From: Candidatus Woesebacteria bacterium RIFCSPLOWO2_01_FULL_39_10 | GTDB lineage: Bacteria > Patescibacteriota > Microgenomatia > UBA8517 | Length of the DNA: 49,866 bases | NCBI GenBank assembly: GCA_001793015.1 | Contig: MGHC01000026.1 | Location: 13,829-63,694 of the forward strand | Reading direction: 5' to 3' | In this document: piece after piece, positions 43,892 through 49,866 of the stretch | Numbering within the stretch: position 1 is the first letter of the stretch | Layout of the letters: every line of letters begins with the position of its first letter | Position numbers and translations under genes: made by a program | Notes under the pieces: model-generated | Databases searched by the model: none | Told to the model about the DNA's origin: nothing | What the model saw: the letters and a program-made list of their open reading frames with translations, nothing else

Positions 43892-44503
43892 TTGAACCTT
43901 TATTTAATAATAATGCCTAAAAATCTTTTAATAATCATTTTGCTTATTATCGCTGCCGCATTAGCCGTGCTTGGTATTTTAGGTTTTCAAAAATCGACGG
44001 GTAAAGTTGACCCAGCAGTCAAGGAGATAGCAGACGAATACGTTATTAGTTTAGTTGGGAAAACTGAATTTAATAAAAATTATGTATTCGACTTTGATAA
44101 ATCTGAAGAATGTAAAGATGACAACCAAGTAGGGGGATGTTATATCAGATATAAATTTATTCCAGCAGAAAAATATGGTGATACTGAATATCTTTTCTTT
44201 TACAACTTTAGTAATAATCAGGTAGCGATAGCAAATAATGGTGTTTCAGTAATTTTGCCGAGCTGCGAGAAAGATAAAAATAATTGTAATTTTAAAGTTT
44301 CGTTTGAAGAGTTGAAAGAAATTGCAAGACAGGAAAACCTGGACGATGGTATTGAGTTGATTATGTACAACGATGAGATTGTTGCAGAAATAAGTTATTG
44401 TAATTTGGAAACAACAGAAAATCGAAAGAAAATGTACGTTAGTCTACAAGATGGAAGTATCTTATGGAGCGGCCCTAATAGTGAGTGTCAAGGAATAATT
44501 TAG
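43892..44503 (+). CDS. Hypothetical membrane-anchored exported protein
   Basis: 203 aa with an N-terminal TM helix (LLIIILLIIAAALAVLGILGF). I recognise no family. Confidence 0.5.
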   Translation: MNLYLIIMPKNLLIIILLIIAAALAVLGILGFQKSTGKVDPAVKEIADEYVISLVGKTEFNKNYVFDFDKSEECKDDNQVGGCYIRYKFIPAEKYGDTEYLFFYNFSNNQVAIANNGVSVILPSCEKDKNNCNFKVSFEELKEIARQENLDDGIELIMYNDEIVAEISYCNLETTENRKKMYVSLQDGSILWSGPNSECQGII

Positions 44504-44504
44504 A

Positions 44505-44705
44505 ATTTGCCGCCAAACCGAGCGAAGCTCGAAGTTCCGCTAAAAGCGGAACGAAAAACTTGAACTCGTCCAATCCGAAAGGGTCGCTTCTCCGCCAGAG
44601 GCGGACAGGTGCGGCGGGCGGAAGGGGGGTGTGGGGGGAATTCCGCCCGCCCTACAAATTTTGGGCGAAATCTGTTCGAATTTTTTCGAACGCACACCGC
44701 CCCGT
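44505..44705. repeat. GC-rich hairpin island (non-coding)
   Basis: Hairpins are GTTCCGC-taaaa-GCGGAAC, CCGCC-aga-GGCGG, GCGGGCGGAA-[G6TGTG6 loop]-TTCCGCCCGC and TTCGAA-tttt-TTCGAA. The flanks GGTGCG ... CGCACACC can also pair. It shares GCGAAGC-type words with other GC-rich islands in the window. Confidence 0.55.
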
Positions 44706-44753
44706 ATAGAGTAAAATTAAAACTTTCTTTTAAGTGGATCTTCTACTTCAAAT

Positions 44754-46142
44754 TTGATTCGATCGCTCGTAGTATTTACTTATTCTTTCCCTTTGTGTGA
44801 TACTGTCAAGGTGATAAATAGAATCAATTTACTCGTTAGAAAAGTGAAGGTAGGATCTCTCACTTTTTACGGGGTAATTACAGAAATTATTTATTTATTA
44901 TTTTTTCTTGTCGAACCTTTAAAAGGACTTTTAGGTGACAACTTCCGTGAGGTGACGAGCGACCGCATATTCGTAATCTTATTTGTGGTTTTTCTTACTT
45001 TGACCTTTATTTATATTAAGGTAACCCGAGTCATCGATTTTCAGAAAGTAAAATTCAAGCATATCGTTCTTTTTTCACTCCTTTTTAACCTTACACTTTT
45101 GCCAATCCGACCAGTTATGTCTTCTGATTTGTATACATATATTTCTCGTTCAAGAGTTTACTCGGAATATCATGCCAACCCTTATACAGTTCCTTATAAT
45201 TCTTTTTCCGAAGACGTTCTTTATCAACAGCTTGTTACACGCTGGTCGACATATACAGCAATATACGGACCTTTATTTATTTTTTTCGGGAGCCTTATAA
45301 CTTTGATTGCCCAAAATAATCTTTTTTTAAATATTTACATTTTCAAATTATTTTTTGTAATTATGAATATTGCTAACATTTTCTTAATAAAAAAGATTAC
45401 AAATGACAAAAAAGCTGTACTTCTTTATTCCTGGAATCCACTCATTACTTTAGAGTTTGCACTGAACGCCCATAACGATGTTCTTATGATCTCCTTTTTT
45501 CTAGTGGGTGTACTGTTTTTGTTTTCAAAAAAGAGAAATATATTTACGTACACATCTTCCTGGTTATTCTTTTTCACTTCAGTTCTAGTTAAACTTTTTA
45601 CAGTTATTTTTATTCCCTTTATTTTTATCCACATAATAAGAAAACTTCCGAACAAAAGTAAGTTTATATTTTTGATTATTGCCTTTTTCGGTAGCGTAGT
45701 CTTACTTATTATGCCGTTCATACCGTTTTGGGATGGGTGGAGGATATTTTCTCGTTTATTCGAAGTAGTACAAATGGAGGGTTATGTGACAACGGTAGGG
45801 ATTCTAACACTCTTTTTTTTCCTTGCAATGCTGCGAGTGCCGAACCCTAGCGTTTTAAGCAAAGTTATTAGTAAGTCATTTTTTTATATTTCCTATACAA
45901 TAATTGTAGTAAAGTCGGTTTTTGACAGAAATATAGTTCAAGAAAATAGATTGCTTTGGTATCTTGCTATCTCTGCCTCGCTTTTTTATATATTTTTTAT
46001 TTCAAGATTTTTTCCATGGTACTTTACAACTTTGATTACTATCTATGTTATATACGTTGGGATAACCAAAAATAATTCACTGATCGCTCTCATTCATGGA
46101 ATGACACTTTATGCCCTTTCAACCTACATTATTCTTAGATAG
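44754..46142 (+). CDS. Polytopic membrane protein, GT-C-type glycosyltransferase-like (DUF2029/PimE-like pattern)
   Basis: ORF track, 462 aa from a non-ATG start, so the true start is uncertain. It has at least 10 hydrophobic helices and a first-loop motif SSDLYTYISRSRVYSEYHANPYTVPY. Confidence 0.5.
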   Translation: MIRSLVVFTYSFPLCDTVKVINRINLLVRKVKVGSLTFYGVITEIIYLLFFLVEPLKGLLGDNFREVTSDRIFVILFVVFLTLTFIYIKVTRVIDFQKVKFKHIVLFSLLFNLTLLPIRPVMSSDLYTYISRSRVYSEYHANPYTVPYNSFSEDVLYQQLVTRWSTYTAIYGPLFIFFGSLITLIAQNNLFLNIYIFKLFFVIMNIANIFLIKKITNDKKAVLLYSWNPLITLEFALNAHNDVLMISFFLVGVLFLFSKKRNIFTYTSSWLFFFTSVLVKLFTVIFIPFIFIHIIRKLPNKSKFIFLIIAFFGSVVLLIMPFIPFWDGWRIFSRLFEVVQMEGYVTTVGILTLFFFLAMLRVPNPSVLSKVISKSFFYISYTIIVVKSVFDRNIVQENRLLWYLAISASLFYIFFISRFFPWYFTTLITIYVIYVGITKNNSLIALIHGMTLYALSTYIILR

Positions 46143-46257
46143 AAGCTATTTCAAAACCTCCCAAGTCAAGACTTGGTCGGGTTTGAAAAGCCCTTCGGGA
46201 GCTTATGGCATCCCAGTTCAAAAAGGGTTTTGAAATGGGCTGTAGGATTCATTCATT

Positions 46258-47148
46258 GTGAAAAGAAAAAATTTCAATCTTGATTTTGTTGGAATAGGTG
46301 CTGAAAAGGCCGGAACTACCTGGCTGGCTGAGTGTTTAAATGATCACCCTGAAATTTATGTACCAAATCAAAAGGAGATTTTTTTCTTTAACGAATACGA
46401 CCCTCATTATCTTAAAGTGAAAAATTATCGATACTCCAAGGGACTTTCGTGGTACAAACACCAGTTTGACGGTTCGGGCAATGTGCTGAAAGGAGAATTT
46501 AGTCCGACCTATCTTTATGACGAAAAGGCGGCAAAACGAATTGCCAAAGATTTTCCAGACACAAAAATAATCGTTATTTTTAGAGAACCTGTAAGTAGGG
46601 CTTTTTCTCAGTTCATACACGATAAACGTATTGGACTTATTAAAGATGTAAGTTTTGAAGAAGCGATTTCACAGCAGGATAACTACATCAAAAAGGGTTA
46701 TTATTTCACCCACCTGAAAAGATATTACAAACTATTCAAACCTGAAAATATTTTGACTTTGATATACGAAGATATAAAGAAAAATCCCCTCGCGATAGTT
46801 AGAAAAACTTATAAATTCTTAGGAGTAAAAAAGATTAACTTCAGACCAAAACATCTTTATATGAGATCAAATACTGCAGGAGAAGCTCGGTTACCCTTAT
46901 TTAACTATTTTATGATGCAGACAGACTACTTTCTTAGAAAGAAAAGATTGGACTTTTTGCTAAAAGCGTTTGATACGTTGGGAGTGAGAAGATTCGCTAT
47001 GTATATAAGAGATCTAAATACACTTAAACTTAAGAAATATCCTGAAGTGGGTGGGGATGTAAAACAACAATTGCGGAAAAAATACGTAAGCGATATTCAT
47101 AAATTGGAGAAATTGCTAAAAAGGAATTTAAGTTTTTGGTACAAATAA
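46258..47148 (+). CDS. Sulfotransferase family protein
   Basis: 296 aa with a GTG start. The 5-prime PSB-like loop is GAEKAGTTWL and the 3-prime PB-like motif is FREPVSRAFSQF. Confidence 0.7.
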   Translation: MKRKNFNLDFVGIGAEKAGTTWLAECLNDHPEIYVPNQKEIFFFNEYDPHYLKVKNYRYSKGLSWYKHQFDGSGNVLKGEFSPTYLYDEKAAKRIAKDFPDTKIIVIFREPVSRAFSQFIHDKRIGLIKDVSFEEAISQQDNYIKKGYYFTHLKRYYKLFKPENILTLIYEDIKKNPLAIVRKTYKFLGVKKINFRPKHLYMRSNTAGEARLPLFNYFMMQTDYFLRKKRLDFLLKAFDTLGVRRFAMYIRDLNTLKLKKYPEVGGDVKQQLRKKYVSDIHKLEKLLKRNLSFWYK

Positions 47149-47154
47149 TGGTTA

Positions 47155-48390
47155 TTGCTATTCAAAAATATGACCAAAAGAAATTTAGAACTGAGGAAAG
47201 AATCTTCTTTTAACCCTTTTCGATTCTTTACAAATCCTGTTTTTTGGTTAAGTTTGATTGTCTTACAAGTAGTGATAATTCTTTTTAGTAGGTTTTTTTC
47301 TGAGTCAGCCTCTTTTCTTTTAGTTGGAAGCGATTACATCCACTACTTGGCTGCTGCACGCTTAGTAAGGGATGGAATGGGTGATCTTATTTATAATATC
47401 GAGGTAAATTATGAGGCACAGAGAATGGTTTTGGGACCAAACTCACCGATAAGTATTTTAACTTTTAGAAGCCTTCCTTTTGTTAGCTTAATTTTTCTAC
47501 CTTTTACTTTTTTTCCAGCCATAACGTCTTTTCGAATATTTGGGTTAATAAACATTTTGCTAATTTTTTTGATTATTTATCTTTTTATTAAATACATATC
47601 CAAAAAGAATGTACAGACACTTTATTTGCTGGTGATCAGTTTTACGTTCGTCCCCATCCTTGAAACTTTGAAAAACGGACAGGTTTCCATTATTTTGACT
47701 GCAATTTTATTTGGAATATACATAACCTTCAGGAAAAAGAAGTATTTGCTAGCGGGACTGTTAGTAAGTCTAATGCTTTTGAAAACTCAATTTATAATCT
47801 TTTTTCCCTACCTTTTTATTTTATGTAGCCAAAGGAAAAAATTTCTGTTAGGTTTTGTGACGGGGTTAGTTGGATTATTTTTGTTAAGTTCTGCGGTTTC
47901 CGGATTTAATTTCTGGCTTAGTTACCCAAAACATCTTTTAGAAACAGAAGGACCAGAGTATGGAAGTCGCACGAATGAGCTTTTTACGTTTTATGCGCTA
48001 TTTCAAAACTTAGGGGTTTGGCAGAAATTAAGTGCATTATTAACAGGAGCTTTTTATATATTTACACTCATACTTTTTAATAAAAAACAGAAAGAAGTTG
48101 GTTTTAATAACTCATTTATTTCTTTCGTCCTCTTATCAATTCCTTTGTCAATCCATGTTCTTTTACACGATTTAACGTTCCTTTTATTGCCACTTTTTGT
48201 TATTTCTAGTTCGCTGTCTCAAAGCCTCGCCAGGAAGAGAATCTTGTTGAAAACTTTCTTTATCCTAGCAGTACTTTTCGTATTACCGATATTATCTTTA
48301 AAAGTGTCTCCCAATTATCTTTTACTTATAATTTTTGGATTGGGTTTGTATTTTCTTTACAATAAATTACCCAAAATAAATTCTGTCTAA
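47155..48390 (+). CDS. Polytopic membrane protein, GT-C-type glycosyltransferase-like
   Basis: ORF track, 411 aa from a TTG. An ATG lies at 47170. It has at least 9 hydrophobic helices and no soluble domain. Confidence 0.5.
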   Translation: MLFKNMTKRNLELRKESSFNPFRFFTNPVFWLSLIVLQVVIILFSRFFSESASFLLVGSDYIHYLAAARLVRDGMGDLIYNIEVNYEAQRMVLGPNSPISILTFRSLPFVSLIFLPFTFFPAITSFRIFGLINILLIFLIIYLFIKYISKKNVQTLYLLVISFTFVPILETLKNGQVSIILTAILFGIYITFRKKKYLLAGLLVSLMLLKTQFIIFFPYLFILCSQRKKFLLGFVTGLVGLFLLSSAVSGFNFWLSYPKHLLETEGPEYGSRTNELFTFYALFQNLGVWQKLSALLTGAFYIFTLILFNKKQKEVGFNNSFISFVLLSIPLSIHVLLHDLTFLLLPLFVISSSLSQSLARKRILLKTFFILAVLFVLPILSLKVSPNYLLLIIFGLGLYFLYNKLPKINSV

Positions 48391-48407
48391 CCAAAATATG
48401 GTAAGAA

Positions 48408-49866
48408 TCTCACAAACCAGTAGACTATTACTTTGCTTTGTTATTTTATTTGCAGCCTTTTGGTTAAAAGGAAATCTTTTTCTTGATCCTGATTTTGGCT
48501 GGAGATTAAAAACCGGCGAATTAGTTTTGACTCAAGGAATACCAGAGACAGACCCTTTTACATACACAATGCCCAGTTTTCCCTGGGTTGATCATGCATG
48601 GAGCCAGTCTTTGCTCATGTACATAGCGCATTCTCTGTCTGGGTACGCGGGACTTGCTTTAGTCTACTCACTTTTTGCAGTTTTAGCTTTATGGATTACA
48701 AACAAAAGATTAAAACTTGATACCGTAAAAAAGTTGACCACTCCCAAGTATTTTATCGTTTTTCCATTTTTTCTTTTTGTCTCAATTTTATTTACTTTTT
48801 TTGGCGTTCGTGCACAGGTTCTTAGTTGGTTAATGCACGGAGTTCTTCTTTTTATTCTTTTCGAGCCTGAAAGGTTTAAACGACTGCGTAACTTTTTGCC
48901 ATTATTCTTTCTTTTCTGGGTGAATCTTCATGGAAGTTTTGCATCTGGTTTAGCAACGTTTTTTCTGTTCGTGATTGTAAAAGCAATTCGAGAAAGGAAA
49001 ATTGATAGAGGTGGCTTAATAATTTTCTTTTCGTCGATACTGATTACCTTAATTAATCCTTATGGAGCAGGTGTTTGGAGAGAAGTGTGGTCTTCGATAT
49101 CTGATTCTTCACTCCGCTGGACAATCGTTGAGTGGATGCCTGCACTCATCATGCTTGATGTCGCGATGGTTGTCTTGATGGGAATTTCTTTGGCTCTAAC
49201 TTTAAGATATAGAAAAAAAATAACTCTGGAAGAAAAAGTACTTTATTTTGTGTTTTTACTTCAAGCAATGGCTTCAAGAAGACACCTTCCTTTGTGGGCG
49301 CTTGTCGCATATCCAATTACAGTTAGGGGTGTCTATTTCGTATGGCTTGAGGCAAAAAAGTATAAAGGTGGGGTGGAGCGGTTTCGTAAAATGAATTCTA
49401 TTGCTTGGGTGTTTTGTTTAATTGTTTTTTTTACTCAATCTGGTTTGGCACTCCACGAAGCCTATTTATTGGGATTCGGAGATTTTTATCCGAAAAAGGC
49501 TGTTACTTTCCTAACAAGAAATATTCCGGAAGGCGAGATTTTTTCAGAGTACGGTTGGGGAGGATATCTAGTCTGGAAACTTCCAGAAAAAAAAGTATTT
49601 ATTGACGGAAGGATGCCTAGTTGGCGATGGAAACCCGGTGACGAAGCAGAGTTGGCGTCAGCATTTGATACCTACACTGGTATACAAAAAGGAGAAATAG
49701 ATTACAAAGAAGTTTTTAAAAAGTACGAAGTGTCAACGGTTTTATGGAGTAAGGCGAAAAAAGAAACCCCGATTGATAAACTATTTAGTGATTTGGAAGA
49801 CTACCTTGTCGTTTTTGGATTGGAGAAGGATGACTATGATTTTTTGACCGACCTGGAAAGTAACGG
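48408..49866 (+). CDS. Polytopic membrane protein (GT-C-like candidate), 3-prime end runs off the window
   Basis: Absent from the ORF track because it is open-ended. I translated from the ATG at 48408 (MVRISQTSRLLLCFVILFAAFWLKGNLFLDPDFGWRLKTGELVL...) to 49865 without meeting a stop. It has many TM helices and a late motif FSEYGWGGYLVWKLPEKKVFIDGRMPSW. Confidence 0.6.

Noticed and set aside
44560-44650. An SRP (4.5S) RNA, considered because of a GGCGGAAGG-like string.
   Set aside because: The bases flanking GGAA cannot form the conserved domain IV helix, and the symmetric and asymmetric loop motifs are absent.
44485-44709. ORFs 44485-44709 (plus) and 44500-44697 (minus) on the GC-rich island, and likewise 36062-36262 (minus).
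   Set aside because: They overlap each other on opposite strands. They are Arg/Gly/Pro-rich translations of hairpin repeats. They are open only because GC-rich sequence lacks stop codons.
1-49866. An alternative genetic code (UGA as sense, as in some CPR lineages).
   Set aside because: Several well-defined genes end at TGA at the expected length, for example the endonuclease at 43846-43848. Conserved genes such as dnaA, dnaN, yidC and smpB are full length under the standard code.

Overview
This AT-rich window reads as the chromosomal origin region of a small-genome bacterium, with CPR/Patescibacteria-like gene content (inference from content only). Positions 1-9352 hold the classic origin neighbourhood: rplY (partial), a DUF4012 membrane protein, rnhA, jag, yidC, yidD, rnpA and rpmH on the minus strand, then dnaA and dnaN on the plus strand. 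DnaA boxes lie in both flanking intergenic spacers. Directly next to dnaN (9948-32506) is a roughly 22.5 kb envelope super-locus, almost entirely on the minus strand, that looks like a type IV secretion or pilus apparatus. It contains a VirB4-like ATPase, a PrgI/VirB3-like protein, and a VirB6-like polytopic protein with a C-terminal Hint (intein-like) domain. It also has a 1687-aa Cys-rich multi-hydrolase ending in a lysozyme-like domain, and seven tandem VirB2/TrbC-like pilin-module genes, two of them fused to Cys-rich ectodomains. A 1102-aa protein combines J-domains, TM helices and an HExxH peptidase-like domain, and three interspersed four-helix-bundle (Avd / 23S-IVS family) genes each carry private flanking repeats. 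I saw no VirD4, relaxase, VirB11, integrase or reverse transcriptase. This locus is my main candidate for the undescribed system. The remainder holds a degraded DUF4143 gene, a MntA/HepT toxin-antitoxin pair next to a duplicated gene fragment, and a SpoIID-like hydrolase. It also holds smpB-ssrA, comF, five tRNAs (all four Ser isoacceptors plus Arg) with a PD-(D/E)XK endonuclease and a tRNA 3-prime remnant, two Nudix genes, and a sulfotransferase among GT-C-like membrane proteins. A GC-rich hairpin repeat family occurs three times, and ORFs read straight through two of the copies. No rRNA, CRISPR array or transposase was seen. All calls come from reading the sequence and ORF track by eye, so hand-folded RNA coordinates may be off by 1-2 nt.
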